From the NCBI GenBank assembly GCA_044229845.1, contig JBGASG010000007.1:64001-128000 (forward strand): 64,000 bases of DNA, written 5' to 3'. Position numbers and translations under genes: made by a program. This document shows positions 18,529-28,260 of the stretch, one piece after another. The first letter of the stretch is position 1. Each line of letters opens with the position of its first letter. The notes beneath the pieces were generated by a model. The model saw only the letters and a list, made by a program, of their open reading frames with translations. It searched no databases and was not told the origin of the DNA. The DNA comes from Candidatus Obscuribacteraceae bacterium. GTDB taxonomy: Bacteria; Cyanobacteriota; Vampirovibrionia; Obscuribacterales; Obscuribacteraceae.

Positions 18529-19919
18529 CTTCCGTGAAAGGTGACAGGGCAGCCGGAGGGCTTCTCGTCGCCTTTGGTTTCCTTGGTCAAAGTGGTAGTA
18601 GCGAACACATCCAGCTCGAAAAGCGCTTGCAAGGCTTCTGCTTGCTGCTTGAGGGTCTGGTAGTTGCGCGCCGACTTCAGTTGCACCGTTGGATGATGCA
18701 AAATTTGATTGACGATGGCGCGGCTGATCTGTTCGAGTTTGCGGGCTTCGTCTTCCGGCTGCTGCAACGTCAGAGAAGACTTGATGTGTTCGACGCGAAT
18801 CGATTCGATCTTGCGACGCAAGCGGGCAATCGTCGGCGCCACCAGTACGGAGCGCTGCCAGGCATGAAACTCATTCAGCGACTGGAAGACAATCTTCTCT
18901 GCCTCGGCAATCAGAGCTTCGCGTTCGGCAAGATTGGTGTTGACGATGTCGAACAGGTGATCGGAGTGGAAGAGACTGACACCGGGTATGGTGCCAATTG
19001 CCGGGTCGACGTTGCGCGGCACGGAGATGTCCACCACGACCAGTGACTTGCCCTCTGGCACTTTCAGCTGATCTTTCTCGAGAACGAATTCCGGGGCGCT
19101 GGTCGAGACGATGACCAGGTCGGCTGACGCCGCCAGCTGATGGCGATCTTCAAAGGACATCCGGGACTGGAAGCGGTGTGTGTTGGGCAATTTGGTCTGG
19201 GCAAACTGCTCGACCCGTTCGGCACCGCGGTTGACCATAATCACAGGTGACTGTCCCGAGTCGTTGAGAATTAGTTTGGCGCAGATCTTAGCCATGCGCC
19301 CGGCGCCGACGATCAGCGTCGTTCTCTGTCCGAGCTTGCCGAGTTTTTCGCGGGCCAGTTCGACCGCGGCGGAAGAGACGGAGACGGCGCGCCGCCCCAT
19401 GGCGGTTTCCGTGCGCACTCGTTTGCCGGTTTCCAGCGCCAGCTTGAACAGCTGGTCCAGCATCGGACCGCTCGTGCCGGCTTCCAGGGCAGCCTTGTAT
19501 GCTGACTTCACCTGCGACATTATCTGTCCTTCACCGAGGACCATGCTGTCGAGTCCGGCGGCAACCCGAAACAGATGCAGGGCTACGTCTTCGCGCAGCA
19601 GTTTGAAGTTGGGCTTGAGGGCGGCGTGGTCTGCAATAGTTTGCACAGACAGGAAAAACGACTCAATCTGCTGGATACCGGCATGCAGGTCCGAGACGAC
19701 TGCGTAGACCTCGGTGCGGTTGCAAGTAGATAGAACTGCGGCTTCCTTGATGTGCGGAAGTCTGGCCAGGGCGTGCAGGGCGTGCGCCAGGCAATAGTCA
19801 GGAATGATGAATCGCTCGCGGATGGCAATCGGCGAGGAATGGTAATTGAGACCTATAACCACCAGATGGCTCGTCGCTGTCGCATCCGGTGTGGTTGCTG
19901 AAGTCACAAGGGTTCCCAT
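18525..19919 (-). CDS. hemA: Glutamyl-tRNA reductase
   Basis: LSTCNRTE, HLFRVAAGLDSMVLGEGQI, GAGRM, DISVPRNVD. Confidence 0.97.
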   Translation of the reverse strand: MGTLVTSATTPDATATSHLVVIGLNYHSSPIAIRERFIIPDYCLAHALHALARLPHIKEAAVLSTCNRTEVYAVVSDLHAGIQQIESFFLSVQTIADHAALKPNFKLLREDVALHLFRVAAGLDSMVLGEGQIMSQVKSAYKAALEAGTSGPMLDQLFKLALETGKRVRTETAMGRRAVSVSSAAVELAREKLGKLGQRTTLIVGAGRMAKICAKLILNDSGQSPVIMVNRGAERVEQFAQTKLPNTHRFQSRMSFEDRHQLAASADLVIVSTSAPEFVLEKDQLKVPEGKSLVVVDISVPRNVDPAIGTIPGVSLFHSDHLFDIVNTNLAEREALIAEAEKIVFQSLNEFHAWQRSVLVAPTIARLRRKIESIRVEHIKSSLTLQQPEDEARKLEQISRAIVNQILHHPTVQLKSARNYQTLKQQAEALQALFELDVFATTTLTKETKGDEKPSGCPVTFHGR

Positions 19920-20054
19920 TTCTGTTCTGTAAGATGACGAAATTATATAAGTCTGGAGCTGACGATCATGGTGCTTTCGTTCATTGCGTAAACATTCCGC
20001 AATCGCTAAATCTCCCAGTACATCAGCCTCTGAGCCAGAAGTCGACCCGAGCAG

Positions 20055-20972
20055 TCAATGTGAAGCTTTTCCAATACTTCCGCCTACCGTCGACGCATGC
20101 GATTGTTGATGCCACCCGTCGACCGCGGCACGACACTGCGGATGGATGCGGCTGGCCAGCCAGTACAGTCCATCGATGACTCGCAAAGTCGGGCGCGAAA
20201 GTCCATCGGCGTCAGGCTTGGGCAGGAAGTAATACCGTTTCTCGCGCATAGCCTTTAGCGAAGTCCAGGGTGCTGCTTTCCAGAAAGTCTGTGTCTGGGC
20301 TTCGTACGGAAAGATGATGACGTCCGGCGCCGACAACAAGAGGCGCTCTTGCGAGATGTGCGGGTAGCTGGTCGACATGTCTGCCGCTACGTTAATGCCA
20401 CCAGATGTGGTGATGCAGTCGTTGACGAAACTTTGAGCGCCTACGGTCATGAGAGGCTTCGGCCAGGCAACGAACAGAACGCGGGGTCGAGGCTGACCTT
20501 TTAAGATGGCGCGCAGCTTTTGCACAGCCGTTTCAAATTCCGACGCCAGTTCTTTAGCCCGCCCTGCACGCCCGGTCATGCTGCCGAGCGTCAGCAGGTT
20601 TTGCGGTATTTCCTCGATGTGCAGGTTCTTCAGCAGGCGCGTTTTGAAGTGATGTTTCTTCAACAAACCATCCATGGTCTCCTGCCCGTTCACAAGCAGC
20701 ACCACATCCGGTTTTACTTGCATCAGCCGCTCGACATTGGGAGCTACGAAATCTCCGACGATTGTCTTGTTTTTCACCGACGGCGGATAGTCGCAAAACT
20801 TCGACCGCCCGACCAGGTTGTCTTCGGCCCCTAGTGAATATATGAGCTCAGTATTGGACGGTGCCAGAGAAACAATTCTCTCGCCGGACGCGCGGGCACT
20901 GCCGGCACTGAATATGGTGCAGAAGACCAGTATGAGACCGGAGAACGAATTGCACCCTATTCGGCGAGCCAA
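20055..20972 (-). CDS. BtuF/FecB-like ABC substrate-binding protein (cobalamin/haem/siderophore class)
   Basis: RIVSLAPSNTEL, LVGRSKFCDYP, PDVII, RPTLR. Confidence 0.85.
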   Translation of the reverse strand: MARRIGCNSFSGLILVFCTIFSAGSARASGERIVSLAPSNTELIYSLGAEDNLVGRSKFCDYPPSVKNKTIVGDFVAPNVERLMQVKPDVVLLVNGQETMDGLLKKHHFKTRLLKNLHIEEIPQNLLTLGSMTGRAGRAKELASEFETAVQKLRAILKGQPRPRVLFVAWPKPLMTVGAQSFVNDCITTSGGINVAADMSTSYPHISQERLLLSAPDVIIFPYEAQTQTFWKAAPWTSLKAMREKRYYFLPKPDADGLSRPTLRVIDGLYWLASRIHPQCRAAVDGWHQQSHASTVGGSIGKASH

Positions 20973-21511
20973 TCAGCAACCTCTCTCACGCGTTGTTCGA
21001 AGTCTGCTGATTGTACCGTGTATGTGCGAGCGAGAAGATTCCAGTCGAACAAGGTGGTGAGTACGATACGGTTGATCTGCTTGATGTAGTCGGCGTCGGT
21101 CCAGCGGAATTCGTCCTCGGCAATCGCGAACAGCGGCGGCACGTAGATGATATGCGAATAGCTTTCAGCCTGGGCGCGGGCTCGCTCGTAGTAGCTCTCC
21201 GTGTCGTAGGTCATGGCGGTGCAGATGTTCCAGCGTTGCCAGAGCACCCAGCAATCAATAGCAGACCTGTCCGCGATGAACTCGGACAGGTCTGATTCGT
21301 GTTTGATTTGTGCTTCCAGAACTTCGCGCTTGAAGTTTTCTTGTTCGCCTTCCGGAATGTCGCCGATGCGCTGGAAGCCTTTAGCAAGACAAAGTTGGCG
21401 ACCGATTTCGGGGATAAAAGGAAGTCCCAACCTTTGCGCTAGCTCTTTGGCGAGAGTCGTCTTGCCAACGCCGCTTGCTCCGGTCAGGACTATTTTCCTT
21501 TTATGATCCAC
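20957..21511 (-). CDS. NadR-C-like AAA_28 P-loop kinase/ATPase
   Basis: KIVLTGASGVGKTT, IPEIGR, IADRSAID. Confidence 0.8.
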   Translation of the reverse strand: MDHKRKIVLTGASGVGKTTLAKELAQRLGLPFIPEIGRQLCLAKGFQRIGDIPEGEQENFKREVLEAQIKHESDLSEFIADRSAIDCWVLWQRWNICTAMTYDTESYYERARAQAESYSHIIYVPPLFAIAEDEFRWTDADYIKQINRIVLTTLFDWNLLARTYTVQSADFEQRVREVADWLAE

Positions 21512-21514
21512 TGA

Positions 21515-23095
21515 TTATGCGAGAGGTTGCTTTGGTGGCGCCGGTGGTGCTGAGGAAGGAGCCTTCGGCGTTTCGGCCAGCACCTTCACATCAGTCGCGG
21601 CACCATTGTCTCCTCTTTTGAACGACGACGTCAAATCGATGCCGGTCAGGCCCTTGACCAGGGTCAAGCCTTGGGCTGCGATGCTCAGTACGTCGCCGGT
21701 GATTTTGCTGGCACCACCTTCGCCACCGGTAGACAACACGGTCATGTTGCCAACCTTGGAGAGAGGCGAGGCGGCAGCGGCCACCAGTTCGGGCAGTTTG
21801 TCGATGATCATGCTGGCCATGGCGGCATCGTTGTACAGGCGATAAGCTTCCGCTTTCTTGGACATGGCGATCGCTTCTGCATCCCCGCGAGCGGCGATAA
21901 CAGCGGCTTCGGCAAGACCCTTGGCTTTGGCGGCTTCCGCTTGTGCGATACCGGTGGCCTTGATGGCGTCGGCTTCAGCGGCTGCACGTGCACGTGTAGC
22001 TTCCGCTTCACCTATGGCTCTCAGTCTAGCTGCTTCGGCATCAGCCTGTGCGAGCAGCTTGCGTTTTTCTTGTTCGGCAACGGCCAGAATGCGAATCTGG
22101 GTTTGTTGCGCTTCCGCAGGTTTCTGGATTTCAGCTTCCAGTTCTACCTGGCGCTTTTGCACTTCGACTGCTTGCAGTTCGACAGACTTCTGCATCTCAA
22201 TGATGCGGATCTTCTGAGTCTCTTCAACCAGCTTCTGTTGGGTCTGCGCTTTGACGATGTCGTATGCCAGGTCGCTGGCTGCTTTCTTTTGCGAGACTTC
22301 AGCCTGGAACTGTGCTTGTTTGACTTGAAACTCTTTCTGAGCTTCGGCAACTTGCGCATCAGCTTGCAACTTGGCTTTGGCGCCATCTTGAGCGGCAACG
22401 GCTTTACGGATCGCTGCATCTCTTTCGGCGTCGGCGGCGGCAATTTGCGTGTCGCGGCTGGCGTTGGCTACACCGATGTCGGCTTCGCGTTTGGCTTCAG
22501 CTGTACGTTTGCGACCGAGTGCCTCCAGGTATCCCACGTTGTCTTTGATGTCTTTGATCGTGAATGAAACAACAGTGAGACCCATTTTTCTCAAGTCGCC
22601 GATCGAGACTTCTTGCACTTTCTGAGCGAACGCTTCGAAGTTTTGATAGAGTTCTTCTACTTCTAAGTTGCCGAGGATGGCGCGTAAGTGACCAACGAGA
22701 GTTTCGTGCGCGATGCTGGCGATTTCTTCGTCTGACTTGCCGAGAAACTGTTCTGCTGCGGTCGCGATTGATTCATCATCACCGCGAATTTTCACTTGCG
22801 CAACGCCTTCCACAAATACCGGGACACCAGATTTGGTGATAATCGGTGATTGCGAACGCACGTCGATTGGCATTACTTCCAAGCTGAGAAACGCGCGCTG
22901 CTGGATGACGGGCACCACCACGTCACCGCCGCCTTTGACGATTTTGAATTGATGCTCGCCTTTCTGGCAGCCCATTCCAGAGATGATCATGGCCTGGTTA
23001 GGCCCGCATTTCTGATAAAAGCTACCGACGAATGAAGCGAGAAGGACCAGGAACACCACGGCTCCTATGCCCAGTAATATGGCTTCAATGCCCAT
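21515..23095 (-). CDS. Flotillin (SPFH + AEA coiled-coil)
   Basis: PNQAMIISG, AAEQFLGK, LVGHLRAILG, AEA repeats; AGGAG RBS. Confidence 0.93.
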   Translation of the reverse strand: MGIEAILLGIGAVVFLVLLASFVGSFYQKCGPNQAMIISGMGCQKGEHQFKIVKGGGDVVVPVIQQRAFLSLEVMPIDVRSQSPIITKSGVPVFVEGVAQVKIRGDDESIATAAEQFLGKSDEEIASIAHETLVGHLRAILGNLEVEELYQNFEAFAQKVQEVSIGDLRKMGLTVVSFTIKDIKDNVGYLEALGRKRTAEAKREADIGVANASRDTQIAAADAERDAAIRKAVAAQDGAKAKLQADAQVAEAQKEFQVKQAQFQAEVSQKKAASDLAYDIVKAQTQQKLVEETQKIRIIEMQKSVELQAVEVQKRQVELEAEIQKPAEAQQTQIRILAVAEQEKRKLLAQADAEAARLRAIGEAEATRARAAAEADAIKATGIAQAEAAKAKGLAEAAVIAARGDAEAIAMSKKAEAYRLYNDAAMASMIIDKLPELVAAAASPLSKVGNMTVLSTGGEGGASKITGDVLSIAAQGLTLVKGLTGIDLTSSFKRGDNGAATDVKVLAETPKAPSSAPPAPPKQPLA

Positions 23096-23244
23096 AATGC
23101 AGTCTCTCCTGTGACTAAATGTCAGCTTCAGTTCCCATGCCCACACAGTGGGTAATTCACACTACTTGAAAACTTGATCACATCATCTACCGAAACGTCC
23201 TCCGCAGCCTCAGCTATAACTATCTATTCGCAATTACTTGACAA

Positions 23245-23859
23245 CTAAAGAATTTCTGAACGCGCGGGACTTTTGACGACTCCGGATGCGCTGACTCCGG
23301 TCTCGTTGGTGACGCTTTGAATTGTGAAAGCTGAGCATGACAATCCCATTGCTGTCAGCTCCGGTTCAGCTTTCTCTTTCACTTTATTGCCAGTGTCCGA
23401 GAAACTGTCGAACAGCGTTTGAGCGTCGCAGGAATGCACCACGTCGCGAAGTTTAGGCAACAGAACTGTCTGCGCCATCTCAGCTACTTCAGCCTCGCTT
23501 TTCGACAGAAGTTGGGTTGCGGCCAGCACCACCCCGACACTGTCGCTGCGCACTCTGACAAGTGCTATCGCCTCAATTATCAGCGGAACTTGATTGCGGG
23601 AGGCGTGCGTCCCGTGGATCTTTACTTTCATCACCTCGAGACTGAGGAAAGAGACCTGTTGAATCACCGGCACGACGACTTCGCCACCGCCGACAATTAT
23701 TTTGAATTGCTGGTCGCCTGATTCGCAGCCCATTCCAGAGATGATCATGGCTTGATTAGGTGGGCACTTGCGATAGAAGCTGGCGACGAACGACGCCATG
23801 ACGAACAAGAACACAAGGGCAATCACAGCCAATAGGACAACTTTGATGTCGAGACTCAT
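23245..23859 (-). CDS. SPFH-only flotillin paralog (no coiled-coil)
   Basis: Near-identical N-terminus SFY.KC.PNQAMIISGMGC..G..QFKI..GGG.VVVPVIQQ..FLSLEVM; AGGAG RBS. Confidence 0.85.
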   Translation of the reverse strand: MSLDIKVVLLAVIALVFLFVMASFVASFYRKCPPNQAMIISGMGCESGDQQFKIIVGGGEVVVPVIQQVSFLSLEVMKVKIHGTHASRNQVPLIIEAIALVRVRSDSVGVVLAATQLLSKSEAEVAEMAQTVLLPKLRDVVHSCDAQTLFDSFSDTGNKVKEKAEPELTAMGLSCSAFTIQSVTNETGVSASGVVKSPARSEIL

Positions 23860-23973
23860 TTCAATCGCTCCTGCGTCTTCCATTGACGCTTGATTGTTTT
23901 TTGGAAATAGGGTTACGTGACCGCGTCGGAAATGCCGACACGCTCTGTTGTGTGGAAAGCGAGAGTGCCGCGC

Positions 23974-24816
23974 TTATCCGGGAGTTTTTTCCGGCTTTGG
24001 AATGGTTTCGATGGTGGTATCGATTACCTCATCGTTCCAACCCTCGACATAGAACACTCCGTCCTGGACATCGGTGATGATTACTTCGGAGTCTTTTGAA
24101 AGCACCACTCCGGGCTTAGTGCGGGCTGGTGCGGTTTGCCGGCTTTTGCCCACCAGGTAGACGATTTCTCCCAGTTTGCCGGCGGGGATTGAGATGCTTA
24201 CCTGGGCAGTCTTTCCAACAATTTGAGCTTCGCTGAAGTTGCTGCTGACGCGCATCTTGGCGATCGCGAAGTTCATCGCCGATTGCGTGGCTCTCATGCC
24301 CAAATAGCCGAGAGCCAGGGCGGGCAACAGCGCGATCCAGTCAGGCAGATGCAAAATACGTGTGACAAAGACGCCGGTCATCCCGAAATAGAACGAGAAC
24401 ATGGCGATTGTCATCGGGCTGAGGATGCGCAGCAGAAAACTGACGATGTTGGGCGTTTTTTTGGCTTCATAGCCGGCGCTGGAACGCACCGCCTGCGCGC
24501 TGCGCGCCGCGGTCTGCGTGTCCATATCGGGCGAGTCGCCGCCGTCACCGTGTGCGTGCGAACCGCTGTGACCGCCGCTCATATCGGGTGCATCGCCACT
24601 GCTGTGACCACCACTCATGTCGGGCGCGTCACCGGCGCCGCCATCGTGCGCTATATGATGCCCGGCTGTGTGTCCGGTATGCCCCAGTCCGTGGTCACCA
24701 TGACCGTGACCGGCGCCACCGGCGTGTCCAATTTGCCCGGCTAAGAATCCCCAGGCTACGTAACAGAAGCCGATGCCGGTAGAAACGATATAGAGTTCAG
24801 CTAATGTAATTGCCAT
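23974..24816 (-). CDS. NfeD/YuaF-like membrane protein with His-rich loop
   Basis: TM, His/Gly-rich loop, TMs, C-terminal OB-fold (VGKTAQVSISIP..GEI); lies upstream of flotillin. Confidence 0.85.
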   Translation of the reverse strand: MAITLAELYIVSTGIGFCYVAWGFLAGQIGHAGGAGHGHGDHGLGHTGHTAGHHIAHDGGAGDAPDMSGGHSSGDAPDMSGGHSGSHAHGDGGDSPDMDTQTAARSAQAVRSSAGYEAKKTPNIVSFLLRILSPMTIAMFSFYFGMTGVFVTRILHLPDWIALLPALALGYLGMRATQSAMNFAIAKMRVSSNFSEAQIVGKTAQVSISIPAGKLGEIVYLVGKSRQTAPARTKPGVVLSKDSEVIITDVQDGVFYVEGWNDEVIDTTIETIPKPEKTPG

Positions 24817-25011
24817 TTTTCTTGCTTGGTTCGGCACCGAATTTGGTGCCCGGAAAATGCTCTCCTTCTACCACCACAATTACCCTTTTTAGGCGTTTGA
24901 TAAACGATCGGCGGCGTGGCGGCCGCGTGTTCCGAAGAGCGCATCGCTGTTGCGTTTGGGAACATTATTTGTGATACTGCGATAATAAAGAAAACCTGAC
25001 AGTTGCACGCA

Positions 25012-27666
25012 ATGGAAATCGTTCTCGCCCACAACAATATGGATTTTGATGCGCTGGCCGCTCAATACGGCGTAACCAGGCTGCATCCGGGCGCCCGCAT
25101 GATACCGGGACATCCGCTTTCCAGTCCGATTCGCAGTTTTCTTTCCATCTATCGCGAGTCACTGCCGCTGGCGGAATTGCAGTACTTAGACCTGTCGCGA
25201 GTCACGCATGTTTACATCGTGGACACTCAGTGCGTCGAGCGGTTGGACGAACTGGCCAGGCAGCTGATTGTCGAGCGCGGGGTCCCTTATTCAGTTTTCG
25301 ACCATCACCAGCTGGATGAAAACGGTCTGGGCCGGCGAGCGGACAGCAATTCGCTGATCAAAGCGGCCGGTTCCGCCACCACCATCATCGTCGACGAGCT
25401 GCGTCGCAAAAATGCGCCCCTGACTCCGTTCGAGGCTACTCTCTTTGCTATCGGCATCTATGAAGATACAGGCTGCCTCACCTATCGCAGCACCACCGAA
25501 TACGACGCAATCTGTGTTGCCTATTTGCTGGCACACGGGGCTGACCTTTCGCAAGTCGATCACTTCATCAATCCCAAGCTCACCGACAAACAGGCCGAAC
25601 TCTTGATACGGCTTTCGAAAAATTCGCGGCAATTGGAAATCAACGGCGCCCGCATCGTGCTGGCGCATGCCGAGTGCGTAAATTATCTGGAAGGGTTGGC
25701 GACGCTCACTCGGCGCTTGCTGGAACATGGTTCGGCGCATGCCGCGGTGACCGTGGTGCGCATGCGTGACCGCGTGCATATCGTTGCCCGCAGCGATAGT
25801 CCGCTGATCGATGTGCGCGAGCTGGTGCGCCAATTCGGCGGCGACGGCCATATTGGCGCGGCTTCGGCGGTCAGCAAGGACAGTGTCTCCGAAATACTGG
25901 AGAGGGTGGAATCGCACCTGAGATCCAAAACTGCCAGCGAGGCGACCGCATCGCAAATCATGATTTCGCCGGTGCGCACGATCATGCCTGCGTTGACGAT
26001 GGACGAGGCTTACCGCCTGATGCTGCGGTATGGCGAGGGCGGACTGATTGTCACTGAAAATGATCGCGTCACCGGGGTCGTCTCTCGCCGCGATGTAGAC
26101 AAAGCTCTGCATCACAAGCTCGGGCATGCGCCGGTGCGGGGTTTCATGAGTCAGCCGGTGATCACCATCGGCGGTGCCGCCACCATCAGTCAGATTCAAT
26201 CATTGATGGTCAAAGAAGACATCGGAAGGCTGCCGGTGCTGGATGAGGGCGGAAAGCTGCTGGGGCTGGTGACGCGGCGCGAACTGCTGCGCACCTTATA
26301 CGGTGGCAACGCGGGCGTCGAGGATGGTGGCGCAGGCGGTGTAAGGGGCGGGCTGGTTGGCCGCGAAGGGGCGGACGGCGCGCCTGTTTCTCTCAAGCAG
26401 CCGCTGGCAACTCTCGATCAAGCCGCACAATGGTTGATGAAGGAAATCGGCAAGGTTGCCGGGCAGCACAGAATGTCAGTGTATGCGGTCGGTGGTATTG
26501 TGCGCGATTTGCTTTTGCAATCACCGACTTTCGACCTCGACTTTGTGATCGAGGGCTCCGCACTGAGGCTGGCAGCGGCTCTGGAAAAACTTTATCCGGC
26601 GCGCTTTCAGATTGTCGCCAAGCACGAGCGATTCCAGACGGCGACCTTGCTGTTTCACGGCGATGTCGACCGTGAAGTCGATCTCTCTACGGCGCGCACT
26701 GAGTTTTACGAATATCCGGCGGCGTTGCCGACGGTGGAGCCGTCCAGTCTCGAACAAGATTTGTTCAGGCGAGACTTCACGATCAATGCCCTGGCGATTT
26801 GCTTGAACCCGGATCGTTTTGGAGAACTGGTAGATTTTTTTCACGGGCGCAGCGACCTGGATGCACGCTTGATTCGCGTGTTGCATCAATTCAGTTTTAT
26901 CGAGGATCCAACTCGCATTGTGCGGGCAGCCCGGTTTGCGGCGCGCTTCGCTTTCGAACTCGAGCCGCGCACGCGCCACCAGGCCGAGCGAGCCATCGAA
27001 AGCGGTCTCTTCGATGACCTCGGCGGAGTACGCCTGCGTCAGGAATTGAAACTGATTCTGGAGGCACGCACCCGCCTGCGGGCGCTCGACTTGCTGGGCG
27101 AGCTGGGTGGCAATTTGCGGTATCTCGACAGCGAGCTGCGTTATGACGGGCTGGTCAGGCGACACCTGCGGCTTTCAGAAAGGCTGCTGGACCGGTTTGC
27201 CATTCCGGAAAATTGGCTCGTCTACCTGGGTGTGTTGCTGTCCCAGTTGCCGGAGGAGCGGCTAGACCCGACTCTCGACCGACTTCAGCTGGCTCAGGAC
27301 GAGAAAACTTTGATCAAACAGGGGCTTAAGCTGGCATTGGGGCTTGGTTCGGACAAGTCTCAAGAGGGAGTTTTGAGGCGCAGCCAAATTTACGATCGCC
27401 TGCATGGGGTGAAAGATCAGTCGCTGGCGATCGCAGCGGTACTCGCCCAGCCTGGTTCTGGAGTGCGGCGGGCGATCAACGTCTATCTGCAGGAGTTGCG
27501 GGACGTGAAGCCCTCAATCTCCGGCGAAGACCTCCTCAAATTAGGTGTCACCGAGGGCCCGCGGATCGGTGAGATTCTCAATCGGCTTCATCTCGCGAAA
27601 TTAGATGGAGACGTGAAATCGCACGCGGACGAACGGGATTTCGTGCAGAGCCTTCTTTCTAAGTAG
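25012..27666 (+). CDS. tRNA nucleotidyltransferase with DHH, DHHA1 and CBS domains (A-adding type)
   Basis: HNNMDFDA, DHH, GGDGH..AAS, two CBS, VGGIVRD..DLDF, RTEFYEYPAALP, RRDFTINA, EDPTRIVR. Confidence 0.92.
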   Translation: MEIVLAHNNMDFDALAAQYGVTRLHPGARMIPGHPLSSPIRSFLSIYRESLPLAELQYLDLSRVTHVYIVDTQCVERLDELARQLIVERGVPYSVFDHHQLDENGLGRRADSNSLIKAAGSATTIIVDELRRKNAPLTPFEATLFAIGIYEDTGCLTYRSTTEYDAICVAYLLAHGADLSQVDHFINPKLTDKQAELLIRLSKNSRQLEINGARIVLAHAECVNYLEGLATLTRRLLEHGSAHAAVTVVRMRDRVHIVARSDSPLIDVRELVRQFGGDGHIGAASAVSKDSVSEILERVESHLRSKTASEATASQIMISPVRTIMPALTMDEAYRLMLRYGEGGLIVTENDRVTGVVSRRDVDKALHHKLGHAPVRGFMSQPVITIGGAATISQIQSLMVKEDIGRLPVLDEGGKLLGLVTRRELLRTLYGGNAGVEDGGAGGVRGGLVGREGADGAPVSLKQPLATLDQAAQWLMKEIGKVAGQHRMSVYAVGGIVRDLLLQSPTFDLDFVIEGSALRLAAALEKLYPARFQIVAKHERFQTATLLFHGDVDREVDLSTARTEFYEYPAALPTVEPSSLEQDLFRRDFTINALAICLNPDRFGELVDFFHGRSDLDARLIRVLHQFSFIEDPTRIVRAARFAARFAFELEPRTRHQAERAIESGLFDDLGGVRLRQELKLILEARTRLRALDLLGELGGNLRYLDSELRYDGLVRRHLRLSERLLDRFAIPENWLVYLGVLLSQLPEERLDPTLDRLQLAQDEKTLIKQGLKLALGLGSDKSQEGVLRRSQIYDRLHGVKDQSLAIAAVLAQPGSGVRRAINVYLQELRDVKPSISGEDLLKLGVTEGPRIGEILNRLHLAKLDGDVKSHADERDFVQSLLSK

Positions 27667-27710
27667 AGAAAGATACCTGGGTCCGGGTCAGGTCCTGGAT
27701 CAGATTTAGA

Positions 27711-27728
27711 ACTGCACAATTGTGCAGT
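27711..27728. promoter_or_regulatory. Perfect 18-bp palindrome, operator-like
   Basis: ACTGCACAATTGTGCAGT upstream of CATAAT (27773) and ORF 27811. Confidence 0.5.
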
Positions 27729-27810
27729 CCAGCTCCGTTGGTTCCTACGGTGTTTGCGATCGTGCTCACACACATAATCAAAGCATCAGGAACGGTTCGG
27801 AGCTAGGCAA

Positions 27811-28248
27811 ATGCAAAACACACAACAAATCATAGAGTGGCGCAATTCCTCCAAATCTCAAGTCAGCGAACTGGCCGGACTGTTTCTGCAGAAGCTGGAA
27901 GCCGTTGTTGAAGAAACCGAAATGGACCGTGTGAAGAAAGAAGCCGCCCAACTGGCCGCCAGCCTTCCGACCGACAGCCACGCAGCCGGCACCGTTCTCA
28001 AAGCCAACGCCGCCACCATCCAAGCCCTCTACGCCCGCTGCGCAGAAATCTCCGAAAACGCCGCCCAGACCATGACCAGCGTCATGAACGAAGCCTTGAA
28101 CGGCAAGCACACCGTCGTTATCGTCGATGCTCGCAGCAAAAGCGCCCCGGCGATTGCCTGGAAGAACAACGTGGCTTGCTTCATGGTCGTCAACCCGAGC
28201 TTCCTGCACACCGACGGTCAAAATGGCTACATCGCCATCGCCGCCTGA
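27811..28248 (+). CDS. Hypothetical protein
   Basis: 145-aa ORF with strongly biased C-ending codons and GGAG upstream. Confidence 0.75.
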   Translation: MQNTQQIIEWRNSSKSQVSELAGLFLQKLEAVVEETEMDRVKKEAAQLAASLPTDSHAAGTVLKANAATIQALYARCAEISENAAQTMTSVMNEALNGKHTVVIVDARSKSAPAIAWKNNVACFMVVNPSFLHTDGQNGYIAIAA

Positions 28249-28260
28249 CCCGACTAAGCA

